A program made the translations under genes and the position numbers. A stretch of DNA of 63,427 nucleotides, filler included, from Sphaeroforma arctica JP610 (Eukaryota), in NCBI RefSeq assembly GCF_001186125.1. It is 6 parts of 2 records of this genome, joined end to end, with 100 filler letters (N's around TTAATTAATTAA, not from the genome) between each part and the next. Parts side by side here need not be neighbours in the genome. Positions count along the whole stretch, not along the records: positions 1 to 12,613 come from NW_014040534.1; positions 12,714 to 24,079 come from NW_014040534.1; 4 more parts are not named here. One strand, written 5' to 3'. This document shows positions 1 through 12,898 of this stretch, piece after piece. Numbering within the stretch: position 1 is the first letter of the stretch; each line of letters begins with the position of its first letter. The notes below the pieces were generated by a model that had not been told where the DNA came from, searched no databases, and worked only from the letters and a program-made list of their open reading frames with translations.

Positions 1-231
<231 letters not shown>

Positions 232-1484
232 GAGGCAACGTCACGCAACGTATCGTAGCTAGAATGACTATGCACTCTCCTCGCGCTCTTTTTGTCCCTG
301 TGGCTTGTGGCCTCCGGAACTTCAGCTTGAATGGAATATGGTACTATGGGATTGATTAACTCGCATAGTGGATGAATACGCGCTTAGATAATAAAGTGCA
401 TCAACACATTGCAACCAGCTGTCCAGAATTTGTCCCCGTGTCAACTGTCATATGCGCAATCACCACATAAATAAATATTTCAATCTTTGCTACTCCTACG
501 ATTCGTCACAGGAATAAGAATGTTATTACACTTTTGACAGTGAGTCAGCTAATAAATATCTACAGTAGCATAGTGCAATCGGCGTGACCAGCGCAATCTA
601 TTTTATCGAAATCGAAATGCCACTATATGTAGAGTGTAGAGTCAGAGCGTATTTAGATTCTGTAGACAGTATATTTGTACATAGTAGGTACATATTGTAA
701 AAACAGATTCGGAATAGAGTACACGGCGGTCAGCCACTAAGCCGCTCACTCTTCTGATTTCTCTCCCTCTACTAGGCTCTAATCAGTAATGTCTAATCCC
801 CCGGAATTTTTGGAAATGTGTTGAAAAGTGTGAATTTATTTCTACGGAGGTTAATTTTATAAACTTTCGCTCTTTCGACCAATGGAGTGGTGATTAAAAA
901 ACCACCTATTTATGTTAAATGTGTGGCGACCCTCAGTCTCTGTTGTGGGTGTGTGTGGCTGACCTGTGTGGCGCTTGGACTACTGGCGCCTCTATTTATG
1001 CTGAGAGTTATTTATTTACCAACAAATCCAACCTGAGTTAACCCCACCGCCCGCCTGCCCCCCAATGTCGGCCGGACCCACAAGTCCCCAGACCAGGACC
1101 CGCTTTCGCAATCGGAATCGGCTCGATACAGCATAGCAGTATTTACGGTCTACAGAGTGAGAGTATCCGTATTTTAATTAATAATAGCTCAAGAAACACT
1201 CACACAGGGGGAGCCAAATTTCAAGCGATTTCTGCAATTTGTCTCAGTAGTGATTTCATAGAGCGCTAAAGTCAAAGTGTGCGGAGTTGAGGACCTGCCC
1301 GTCTACAGTACTAAACGAAAATAGTAATCTGGAACTCTGCGGCAAAGGTGTGAGACTGAGAGTTTGGCTTATATTGTGGGAGGGAAGTTGGGTGCGTATA
1401 TTATTGTGCGTCTACCGAAGCGTGGCTTGCATTTTTCGTACAACGAGTTTCCCAAGTGTGGTAGTGTCAGAAAGTACAGACAAC

Positions 1485-2210
1485 ATGGTGTCCAAAGCTA
1501 ATCTCACCAGAGCCATCAAAGGTACTCGCTATAGTGTTATATGCGTCGCACTAAATGCTTCACACTGCATCCAACTGCTATGGTTTGCGTTGGTGTTTTG
1601 CTGATTTGATATATTTCTAGATCCACTTCTGTTTCAACTTGGCACGCCCATGCGACTACTAATCGAACCCGTATCGCCCAAGTCTGTCACTACTATCCAA
1701 ACCCATCGAAGACCTTTTCTATATAATTGTTTCTGTATGCATCGCCTTGTACACTTAGGGCTTCTTGCTTCTACTCTGGTTCTGGTTCTGGTTCTGGCTC
1801 TGGTTCCCTTGCTGTGTTGAACTCACTAGAGCTATTTTTAGACCCACTCCTTTTGTCAACTTGGCACACTGTTCAACACCAATATTGCTCATTCTTCGAT
1901 GACTACACGTTGATTCCTCTTAGTTATATAAGCTCACGCCAGCTGACGCTTCCTCGCGTGGTTAGTTAGTAGTATTTCTGATGCAGCTTGATCGGCAACA
2001 GCTTACCTGTTGCTGTATTACTCATTTCCGTATTACTACTATTTATAAAATTATCACTATTCTGTGCCACAGATGCGCTTGTCGGAGTTGATCTTGCCAT
2101 CACAGGCAGGAGAGCTATCAGGGAGAAGGTCGAGCGAGCCCTAGGTAAGTGCGTCAGATCAAGAATAACGCACACACACGTGTACACAACCACACAGACA
2201 CACACGTACA

Positions 2211-2260
<50 letters not shown>

Positions 2261-2287
2261 CATACATACATACATACATACATACAT

Positions 2288-2326
<39 letters not shown>

Positions 2327-4584
2327 CATATANNNNNNNNNNNNNNNNNNNNNNNNNNNNNNNNNNNNNNNNNNNNNNNNNNNNNNNNNNNNNNNNNNNN
2401 NNNNNNNNNNNNNNNNNNNNNNNNNNNNNNNNNNNNNNNNNNNNNNNNNNNNNNNNNNNNTTATATATATAATATATATATATCACGGGTTTTCAGATTT
2501 AGTATGATATTGATAAAAGTTCGAGCCATACACGTGGATTGTGTATGAGGTGTATTAGGGTAGACACTTCCTTAAGTTTACCAGTAGCTTTTTAGATGAT
2601 ATTTATTTTGGCCTGGTGGTATAAACTTTCTCGTCGATTTGGTCACTATAACCTTATCCTATAACACCGTGCAATAGCACTGTACTATGTTTGGTTATTT
2701 ACTAGATATGTAATCTGTTCCCTACAGGTTCAAGTATAAGCGATCAGAAAGAGCTGTTCAAAGAGCTACTGCAGAAGTGTGTCAGCGAGATAAATGATGA
2801 AGGTACGTGCGAACTTGGATGGCAGTGGTGTAGACAGCTTATTCCATACGTGTATAGACATCCTCAAATGCCCCACGTTAGGCGGTGCCCAATTAGCCTA
2901 ACAATATCGATCGTGAGTCGAGTTGAACACTTGTCTATCAACCAAGAAGGTATTTGTCAAGTGCACTTTATTGCAGTGATATCTATCGGTATTGCTGACC
3001 CATGCAACGGCATTCGCATGGGTGTTTGTGAATGGCATACACCCTTGATTTTACCCTCAGATGCTCTGGCGTTCCCCACATGCCCACACGTTTCTGTGAG
3101 TTGCCACATGCTCAGCCCCGACCTTTGCCGCGTCTATCTTCTGGTGCCTGTGGATTCTATTTGTTTCACTCACCTTTTTCTCCGTATTCGCATCCCACGC
3201 CACTTGCAGACTCAGACGAAACACCCCCCGCTCCAGCCCCAACGTAAGTCTTTCTTCTTGAATGGCTATGCATCCTTTCGGGTTCGCACGCTTTTGTGGC
3301 TGGTGGTCTGCTGTACTGTTTGTTAGAGCGACCCAAAATCATATTGGATATTGCGTGCTCGCTATCTCCGAGTGGCCTTGTATTTGATATTCATTCAGTC
3401 TGATCCGTTTTAGGACCAGCCTGAGTAGTGGGACTTCCGCTGCTTGCGATCATCTCTTGGATGACCCGCATATCAGTGTTTGACGGCTATAGATTCGAAT
3501 AGAAACATATCTCGATTGAATGTCACACACATGACCCAGTCCTTGCTCATGTGACATATCACGAATCTAGGTCTGAAGCACTGTCGCATCGTGCTCATAT
3601 CAGTTACCATTTATTCTCATCACATCCACAGCAAGAAGCGTAGAGCTCCCGCGACTACCCCTACTGCTCGTTCCGCTAAGAAAGCTGCTCCCGTAAGGAA
3701 ACGTGCCAAAAAGGAAAAAGACCCCAACGCACCGCCCAGAAAGACTGGTCTGAGTGCGCCTCAGATTCTGTCCGATAAGATGTCCGCACTCATGGCCGGC
3801 GAAAAACAGGTGTGTTACGCCAGAGATTGGCACCTTCTAGAAGTTAGAATGGACTTGTGTGTTGGCTTGTGATGCGCTGTAGTGTACTTTTTCCTAGCCA
3901 AACCCGTTTTTGGGATTTGCCATGGTCAAACATCTTTTCGCTAGTGTCTGCAAATACACATTAATAGTGGTTGCACTACCGGTCCAGTGAGTGCTATGGG
4001 ACAAGAAGTGAATATGCGCACCCCGTGAGTGTGTTTCACCAAATGGCCGTTGTATACAGCACTCGGTTACTTGGGGGTAGTAGCTATTGGCAGGGGAACC
4101 TAATATGTCTGTTTGATCTCATATGCATCACTCAGATGTCGCGGCCATCAGTGGTTAAACAGCTCTGGGTCCTCATTAAAGAGCGTGACCTTCAGGATGA
4201 GAAAAACAAGAAGAACATCCTATGCGACGAGGTGTGTAGTCTTCGCAATTCTTTCTTTGAAATTGGCTCGTTTCCCTGTTAAATGGTGCTCGTAGTTCTG
4301 TTGCTGAGAAAATACCGTGCCAACTTTCGAACCACTTTTTGATAGTTGTATTGCATTGTAACTATGTTCACATTCCCCTTGTTGTAAACTCTGATTGTAG
4401 AGGTATCAATGTGACATCGCATGCCCTGATCTAATGAAATCTTTCTACCGTGTCACAGGAGTTCAAGAATGTGTTCGGAGTTTCAGAGATGACCATGTTT
4501 GAGATGAACAAACTTCTGTCGAATCATGTAACGGCGATCCCGAAAGACCCGAATGCGCCAAAGAAGGCGGCGGTCGCAGAATGA
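1485..4584 (+). CDS. DEK-C + SWIB/MDM2 domain protein (Uaf30/Tri1/Spp27-like), 7 exons
   Basis: Phase-consistent GT-AG exons 1485-1521, 2073-2144, 2728-2802, 3210-3243, 3632-3809, 4136-4231, 4459-4584. N-terminus MVSKANLTRAIKDALVGVDLAITGRRAIREKVERALG is DEK-C-like, followed by a Lys/Ala-rich linker. The SWIB domain reads LSDKMSALMAGEKQMSRPSVVKQLWVLIKERDLQDEKNKKNILCDEEFKNVFGVSEMTMFEMNKLLSNHV. Stop TGA at 4582-4584. Confidence 0.9.
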
Positions 4585-4997
4585 AGGCTGCGTTTTCGAC
4601 TGATTTTAGAAACCACAAGACTACCCTAGGCTTTAGTGTACCGACCGAGTCCGAGACTGACGACGCTGCTGTGCGTCAGCTTGTTTTATCTATAGAATGA
4701 TGTGGCTATGAGCTTTAAAGGCACGCACATCCAATGGAAATCGGTCCAAGACGCTCTTATGCAACTGCTGTTTGAGCTCTGCTGCGCGCGAACTCGTATT
4801 CCCAACAGTACACGAGTGTACTGACAATCCTCAGGCTTCAGAAAACAAGTCCTCGAAGTAAGGTGTCTTCGACATCACGACTATCAACTTGCACAACATA
4901 CAATGCAAAATAAAGAAATTTAGAAATCCGGAACTTAGGTTGTATTTTGTTTGCATGTAAATACAAAATACTTCTCGCATCTATCTACAAGGCACCG

Positions 4998-5270
4998 ATT
5001 GTGTATGTATCCAGGGTGCAACCTGCTCACGATCTAGGTTGATATATATAGTTGGGCGTGATTGACTGAATAATTATTCCATCACATTTGGCGTGATCGC
5101 TATCCCATAACAACGTACACCTATCACTTTTAGAAATTGTGTATGTATCCAGGGTGCAACCTGCTCACGATCTAGGTGGATATATATAGTTGGGCGTGAT
5201 TGACTGAATAATTATTCCATCACATTTGGCGTGATCGCTATCCCATAACAACGTACACCTATCACTTTTA
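4998..5270. repeat. Near-perfect 138-bp tandem duplication (2 copies) downstream of the SWIB gene
   Basis: ATTGTGTATGTATCCAGGGTGC...ATCACTTTTA starts at 4998 and again at 5136. Confidence 0.95.
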
Positions 5271-8129
5271 AAAACAATTGCGAACTATACGACTTTCTGT
5301 TTCTACAACTCATCATGTTTGAATGATGCTATTTTTGCAACATTGTCGAGTCTTATTATCACTTGACAAACTTAAGTCGATAAATCATGACCCACGCACA
5401 GTCGGCTATATATTTCGTTAAAATATTAAAATATCATATTTACATATAAACATGACTGAAATACAACAACAACAGTCAACAAGTGAAGATGGGGACAATC
5501 GAAAAAGGACCTAGACCACTGGTCATTTAGATGGCTTTGACTGGACCCTGTGAACTTGTGAAGTGTGATTCCATTTAATCCTCTCTTCAGTCTTCTTGTG
5601 TGTAGTGCAACTATTAACTATCAAGTCAGAACCGCTTGTATATTCTTCAATTCATTGGCTGAAGAACGAATCGACATCGGGGGTTTATGGCCCTTTTTCA
5701 ACCAAACGTACGGAATATTAGAGGGGGGGTTTTTTATATGGGCAGAATCTGGACTCTGGAAGCCGGTGGGACTACGTGTGTTTTTGAAATGTTTATTCTT
5801 ATTTACATTTACATCATTTACATCATAGAGAGTGAATGCGTACCACTCAAATAAGATTCCAAGTTCCAAGTGCCAAGTTACAAGTTCCAACACAGAAAAC
5901 TGAAAAGACTGAAGACGGTATTTATAAATGTACGTACTTAACTGTATAAATATGAGAGAAGAGAGAAGACTGGGACTCGCTATAGTGAACTTCTTGTATG
6001 AACTTCATGTGAAGTCGTGAACTTGTTGTCAATGTTGTGTGAACTGTGAAGACTGAAGGTATCTCCATGACTCAGACTGTGCGTCTGTGCGTAGTGACTC
6101 GTATGTGGTCATGAGTCGTGAGTCGTGAGTCGTGAGTCGTGACTCCGTAGTCCGTGAGAGAGTCTGATTCTGTCTTCGAGAGAGAGCTTGCTGAATACAA
6201 TACTACATACTCTCTGACCTGACAGTGCTGACACTGACAGTGTCACAGTCACAGGGTAGTACTACGCTTGGCTCAGTATATAACTGGTACATTTGTTTTG
6301 TTTCGCCTCTTTAGGAGGTTATGATTTGTACAGAGAACAATAAAATTTAATTAAAAAAAAAACAAATAAAAAAGTGTCAATGTGAGTCAAACTCACTCTA
6401 AAAATCAAAGTGACCAACTGTAAAAAAAGAGTTTTAATAAAATTATAATGACAATCTGCCTGTTTTATTTTAGTAGTAGGCTTTGATCTGTCAGTTAGGT
6501 TTTTTATATATAAAAAAACTGTACAAAATAATCCCAAATGTCCAATATGTACATATGACAAATAATGGGGAGCACCGTGAGCACTGAGCACCAATGGAAT
6601 CCACGGGACGTGAAAACAGGGTCTTTTGGTGAGCACTATTTTTAACGTCTATATGTGATGGTCATCAAAATAAATACGGTCTTTTATAAACGACTTATCG
6701 TTTATGCTCCTGGGGTCCTGGAGACTTGTATCTATTGAATATCAGCTGGTTCATTTGAGGAAAGGGCTTACCGTATTATAGGAAGGGATTTTTGTTTGTT
6801 TGATATAAACGGTTTAACGTAAATATATCCTTTTTGGGCATATTTTAGGTTGAGCAGTTTGAGGCCTTAAGGCTTCTCACTTTGCGGACTTGTGACAAAC
6901 GGGGATGTGCCATTGTACGCGCTGTGTAGCCTGTCTTGGTCTCTTGGTGTAGCCACAACAATTTTTTAATGTAGTGTAGATGTAAATAAAGTATAAGTGT
7001 GTGTTACCGTAAGGAACTACATTCAGTATCTACCAACGACCAAATAAGTTCAAATTATTAGATCGAAATAGATCGTATCACATAATCTAACGTTACATTA
7101 TGAAGGTGTGAATATGCAGGGGTTGCTTACTATAAAACATGGGCACGTGCAAGTTTCCTGATTTTTTTTTCCTTGCACATTTATAAGTACATTCGGATCC
7201 CATCCCTCGCGCTCTCATCATGCCCACGCACGCACAAGAAATATGTTATACATCAGTTTCTTCACACCGCATATATATATATTTCTAAGTACAGTTTCTA
7301 TGTGTTGTTGGTTCTGCAGTGTGCCTAAATATAGGGCAGTTTGCTCGTACTCTTTCTCGAGTATACTTTCTATATTATTTTGGGCCTGCATTGTGAAAAA
7401 GTGTCCCTAAAGAGATCGACTGTGACATTAGACATATCGTAGTAAAATGTAAAAGCTCACATGGTATAAATAAATATAGCAGCGATTGGCACCACCCTTT
7501 TTTCAGACAGTAAGCTGATTGTTTCCTCGTCGCTGATGCATAAAGAAAATTAACATCGTGCTATTCGGTGTATCTTAGTTTAGACAAGTAGTGAATTGCG
7601 AATGTGCATCGCTATTTCGTATCCGTATTGAAGATATACTAAGTAGTGAATGGGTCACGCTTGAGGGCAGTACCAGCGCGCAGGTCACCACAGTATGTAG
7701 TCAGCCGACTAGCTAAATGGCTTCGTGGTGGCACCTGTATGTGCTATGAACCACATACAAATATACTCACAAGTATAGGCTGTGCACGAGGTGATTCTGT
7801 ACAAGATTGCTTGTTGGGAAATCCATTTGATTGCTTCGTTGAGAACCGTATGCGTATGATATCAAAATAACCGGCGAGTCTTTCAGTACTGATGGTAGAT
7901 GTAGGTTCGCATATGCTTCCTCCAGCGAGATAGTACGCTGTGATTTCTGTTTGGCTACGTGTAAGCGACCCGCCGTATGTACTTCAACTGATATCTGCCC
8001 ACACATGTAGGCTAAAATGCTATAGATTTCTGTCAACAATCATTCCAACACCGTGCACTCGGGCGTTAAGTGGTCAAACATACTTACACACGCACGAATC
8101 GTGGTCGGTTACTTCAAATCCTCTCACAG

Positions 8130-10244
8130 GTTACAGTCACCGACGCAGAGCTCGCTGAGCTGAACAAGCGCGTATACACCGTGGGCTTCCAGGCCTTCCT
8201 AGCCTCTACCGCAGCCGCCACCGCAGGTCTGTACACACTCAACCGCAGCAACGCCTGGTTCAAAGCTCTGCGCCCCAGTTTCAAAGCAGCCGCATGGATC
8301 TGCCCGATTGTTGTGGTCACCGTAGTCGCAGCGGAGGAGCAGGTTATTCAGATGGAGAAGGAGAGGCATGTGCTGTACGACGAGGGGGGTGTGAAACTGG
8401 AGTCCGATAAAAATCGCTCGATCACGGCACAGGACTGGCCCACGTGGTTGGCGGACAACCGCTTCTCACTGGTTGCTGCCGCCTGGGTTGCGGGTGTGGC
8501 TGGGTATGTGGTGTGGCATCCATACGTATCTTTGATTGTAGGGGGAGTTTCATACTTATGTCGGCACTTGGTTTGGTATTTATACGCATGTTGTGTGTGG
8601 TGTGTGGGGTTTGTACGCCTTTCTGTATGTGGGTGTGTTTTCAAGGTACGTCTGTTTTTTGTGTGTATTCATACCTCTATCTGTTTGTGTATCCAACACG
8701 CATGTCTGTAAGTTGTGTGGCTGCACATGTCTAGTTATAGGAACACAATATGATAGACATTGTGTGTAGCACCAAATGTTTACACTGTCGAGGAAGACCA
8801 GGTGCGTGTAGGAGGCGATTCGTGGTCTTCATTCATTCGTGGTTGCCAGTGCTCTATTGATGTTCATCAGTGAGTACAGAGCGATCCATCAGCGGATTCA
8901 TCGGTCTCAGCTTACCTAATGACTTCCAAATCGTCAAAGTCGTGCAACAACTTTCCGATAGGTTCCCTACACCCTTGAGTTTTTCATCGCCAAATATATA
9001 CCGGTTTTGCTATCTGGTCTGTTGTCTAGTCGAGAAAACATATTGCACTGTGCTGGAGGCACGGATACAGCTTGTAGTGTGTGGGCAGTTTTGTATTGTA
9101 TCTTGTCTGAGGTGTGGCTGAATAAGTGCGCATTATCATAAAGGGATGCCTGTAACCGGAAGCACGCACAGCGTATAGCAATCACATTTGGTATAGTATA
9201 GTGTGCTGGCCGAATTAAGTCCAGCGATATATTTGCGACAGTCTCAGGATGTGTGCGATTGTGAATATCGATACCCTGGCTGTACATGCCATCTCGAAAG
9301 GAAGAGAACGTTCTTGGCACCGTCCAGGGTAGACCACATTGTTTATATATGATTGCTATCTGTTAGTCTGCGGTGACCCTTATGTGTAGCTATATTCGTA
9401 AACAATCGTCGACCCTCTCATTCCGGATATTTACTATTTTGTATTTGTCGTGTCCATAATTCTGTGCATGCTCGCAATATGCACCTGGTGTGATCTATCA
9501 GGACATCCTTGTATTTTGTGCAGACTGTATGGTTTTCATGTAGATTTGCGGTATTTATGCATAACTATTTGTTCTAGAAAAGTTATAAGGCTCATCATTT
9601 GCTCCCATGCACAAGCCTGCAGCAGCTGTGTTGATACTCACTCGCCGGAGTGTATGTACTATATACGTGATTGTGGATAGGGTGCGCTTGGGGTGCGTGT
9701 TGTCTAGCCGTTGCGAGGTTAGTGTGTGAGAGTCCGCCTTCTCTGCACGAGGTCTATTGGGCGTGCAAATGTCTATCCGCACCTGGGTCACGACACCTTA
9801 GCGGATCCGACTGCAGGCGATATACAACCACGTATAAAGACGGAATTACAGGCTTGTCCTGAATATACCTATACCACGGACTTGTCGCGTTCCGAGCTCC
9901 TATTCAGTGGTACATCTTATTACGAATAATGGGTATAGCCTACTACATAGCGTACTGTACTAATCCTAACCTTTATCTTCGAACTCTTGTTTTTTCTACT
10001 ATCCAGGTCGCTCACATTCTCATACAGCAACCCCTACCTGACACCCACGGTCAAGGCATTCCACGCGCGTGTACAGTCGCAGGCCATTACGCTGGCAGCT
10101 CTAGTAGCGGCTGGCGCTGTTGCCCCGTTCGGATCAAAGACGTCCATCAAAGCGGATCACGATATGTTCCAGAGACGCTTAGAATACGAGGAGAAGAAGT
10201 GGACCGTGGAACATCCTGGAGAGAGCACGCACAAGAAGCACTAG
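8130..10244 (+). CDS. HIG1-domain mitochondrial membrane protein (Rcf2-like); start exon uncertain
   Basis: Exons 8130-8503 and 10007-10244 join in phase. The product has hydrophobic helices and WLADNRFSLVAAAWVAGVAGSL...KAFHARVQSQAITLAALVA, the HIG_1_N signature. The initiator may be an ATG-only exon (candidate ATG|GT at 7461-7463, unverified). Confidence 0.8.
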
Positions 10245-10419
10245 AGTGCGTCTGCGTGTGTAAGGGAGGGCTCGGTAGGTACTAGTAAGACGGAGAGGTG
10301 ATCGGGGATTGCCTTGCATATAACAAACGAATATACTCTAGTTATTGTAGATTGTACGCAATCGGCGAAAAAATAAATAAAACTCGTCGTTAATTGGCTT
10401 ATCCCTGCATTTGAGTGTC

Positions 10420-10950
10420 AATCTTGCCCCCCCTGACTGCTGCCGAAATGATAAAGGTGGCTGATTCCCACATTCATCGTTCCTGAGGTCATATATACCA
10501 CAGCCACAGTGACTGCTGCCACTGTGACTGCTGCCAAAATGATAAAGGTGGCTGAATTCCACTTTTACCGTTCCTGAGGTCATACATACTCCTCAACCAC
10601 TGCTAGTAAAATCTCTTCCCCGGACTGTCCCGGAAATAGGAAGTGGATGGACATCTTGATTTTCCATTTCTAAAAGCAAGGCCACAACCATCACACACTT
10701 GACAAACCTTTGCTGCTTTTGATTTTGAGGTCAGTTCCGCGATAATCAGTCAGCAGAGTTGCTCCCTCAGATCAGCTCTCAAAGTGCAAAAGTGGCTGAA
10801 TATCTTGTTTATTTGATAATGAGGTCACACCCTTATTATGCTACAATCTGGACTAAATATCTCGTCTATTTGATAATAAGGTCGCACCCTTATCATATTA
10901 CAATCTAGACTAAACATCTCGTTTATTTGATCTTGATGTCACATTCTCTC
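10420..10950. repeat. Mosaic of degenerate tandem duplications 3' of the S8 gene, including ~57-bp units at 10796-10945
   Basis: Repeated CTAAATATCTCGTTTATTTGATAATGAGGTCACACCCTTAT-like units, a duplicated GACTGCTGCC(G/A)AAATGATAAAGGTGGCTGA block, and decayed copies of the end of the S8 last exon. Confidence 0.75.
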
Positions 10951-10951
10951 C

Positions 10952-11947
10952 TTAATACACCGCTAGCAGAATCTCTCCCCCAGACCGCTTCCGCAGTGTC
11001 TCTGCATCAGTCATTATGCCGTCGGACGACGACAAGATGTGCACCCCCAGGCCTCCATGCATGCGAGTACAGGCCAATTGCTATTTGGAGAAGACAATAA
11101 ATACACTCAGGTCAGTCGCATGTCACAGATGTGATTCGGTTCTCTTGTGTACACATGTAGGTATAACCTTTTACGGCGCACATCAATACCTCCGAGGATA
11201 CTCTGCACACATATATCGATTTGCTTATATGCCGCGCTTTGACTTGTATATCGGCATATAAGAGTAGGTCTTCTGCAGCTCTCCATTAGCATTGCGACTT
11301 AACGTGGATTGTGGGTGGTGCTACATTGTTGTTCAGAAAATACCAATTGAATCGCACGCAGACATGACGACCGCCGCAGACTTCAAAGCAGAAATTTGAT
11401 CTCACGCATCTCATATCTACGTGTTACGTTTGACTACGAGTTGTAGGGTGCTATTGCAACCGACTTGGTACAGTAATTAAAAACCGGATACGTTTACCGC
11501 TGTTGCATTTAACATCCCCTTGTATTGTATGTAGCAGCGCAGATAATAGACACACTTATAATACGCACCACTCATCTTCCTAACCGAGCAGAAAAAGTAC
11601 GCTTATATAACGTTTTCTACTTTACATTGAGGCTGCTACATGCGATATACAGTAGTAAAATGGGACCTTACTTCTGGACAACGTCCATTGTCTTCCTGGG
11701 ACGGGCCATCGCACATACAATAAAAATGCACACCACAACACCCTCACTATACAATCCCTCCGGTCCGTCTGATGAAACCAGTCACACACCTCAAATGTGA
11801 GGAAGACGCGTCGCCCGGGTTTGCTGACTATGTATATGTCATTGACAACGGGTTTGCTATCGCGGTACTTCAATTTGACCTCAATCTCACGCAGGTGCTC
11901 CGGTGCCCTTTTCTCGATCCAGGACATCTTGTTGACCTCCTCGGGTG
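10952..11947 (-). CDS. MRPS8: Ribosomal protein S8, bacterial/mitochondrial type (uS8m), 5'-partial
   Basis: Exon 11947-11790 encodes EIEVKLKYRDSKPVVNDIYIVSKPGRRVFLTFE. Exon 11080-10952 encodes QLACTRMHGGLGVHILSSSDGIMTDAETLRKRSGGEILLAVY*. Both match the uS8 motifs LKY..P...VSKPGRRV and G..I.S.S.G.MTD....GGE.L. No N-terminal exons were confidently found before the gap at 12614. Confidence 0.85.
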
Positions 11948-12480
11948 CTAGAGTGTGGGTATAGTTGGTAATGAATGGTGCATCTCTGGGCGATACAGAG
12001 CGGAGATTGCTCGTGTCTTGGCAGACGATTTGTCTCGCACAACAGTACGTTCGTGCACACTACTACGCCAGCATATTCTGATAGATCATTGCAATAACAC
12101 GTGGGTCTAAATGTGCCGACAACATGGGCCTACGCCTGCGAACGCTTATACAACTTGATTGAAGGAATTTTCTAGTGCTTTTCTACCGAGATAGTGTCTG
12201 CGTGTTGGTGTTTCTCGACGATTATTGTATTTTCCTTTATGCTTAAAGATGTGTGTATGTACACAAGTACTTCATTTTGTGGATATAGATACATGTGCTT
12301 CCGCTCAATTTCTGAAGACATGATTTAGCATATATATATATTTATGACGAAACATCAAGAGAGGGCTTAAAAAATAAAACAAATTTGAACCAATCTGTAC
12401 ATAAATTTTTATATGTGATCCGTAATGAAATATACATACCATAAAATAAATATTCACTAAGACCATATATATATACATAC

Positions 12481-12518
<38 letters not shown>

Positions 12519-12523
12519 GTATA

Positions 12524-12555
<32 letters not shown>

Positions 12556-12657
12556 TATATATATATATATATATATAATATATAATATACTATATATATT
12601 ATATATATATATANNNNNNNNNNNNNNNNNNNNNNNNNNNNNNNNNNNNNNNNNNNN

Positions 12658-12669
12658 TTAATTAATTAA
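12658..12669. other. Artificial assembly spacer TTAATTAATTAA inside an N-run (also at ~24124, ~36683, ~39573, ~44118)
   Basis: An identical 12-mer with stops in all six frames, always centred in a ~100-nt N gap. Confidence 0.9.
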
Positions 12670-12898
12670 NNNNNNNNNNNNNNNNNNNNNNNNNNNNNNN
12701 NNNNNNNNNNNNNTAACACGGAACTTTAGCTGAAGCAAGCACAAGTACATTGCCAGTAGGAGTCCAACACTCTTCAAATAATCAGCGCAGTAGGAGTAAG
12801 TTTGATTTCAGTCCAATTTGTGGACCCACAATCCTATGCATATTGGTGTACATACCTACATGGACAAACACGCATAAGTATATAACGTTAACACACAC

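Noticed and set aside
12135..12172. Candidate upstream S8 exon (KFLQSSCISVRR)
   Set aside because: Phase-compatible but with a poor match to uS8 motifs; not supportable.
12658..12669. Recurring palindromic TTAATTAATTAA
   Set aside because: Always embedded in N-runs; an assembly linker with six-frame stops, not biology.
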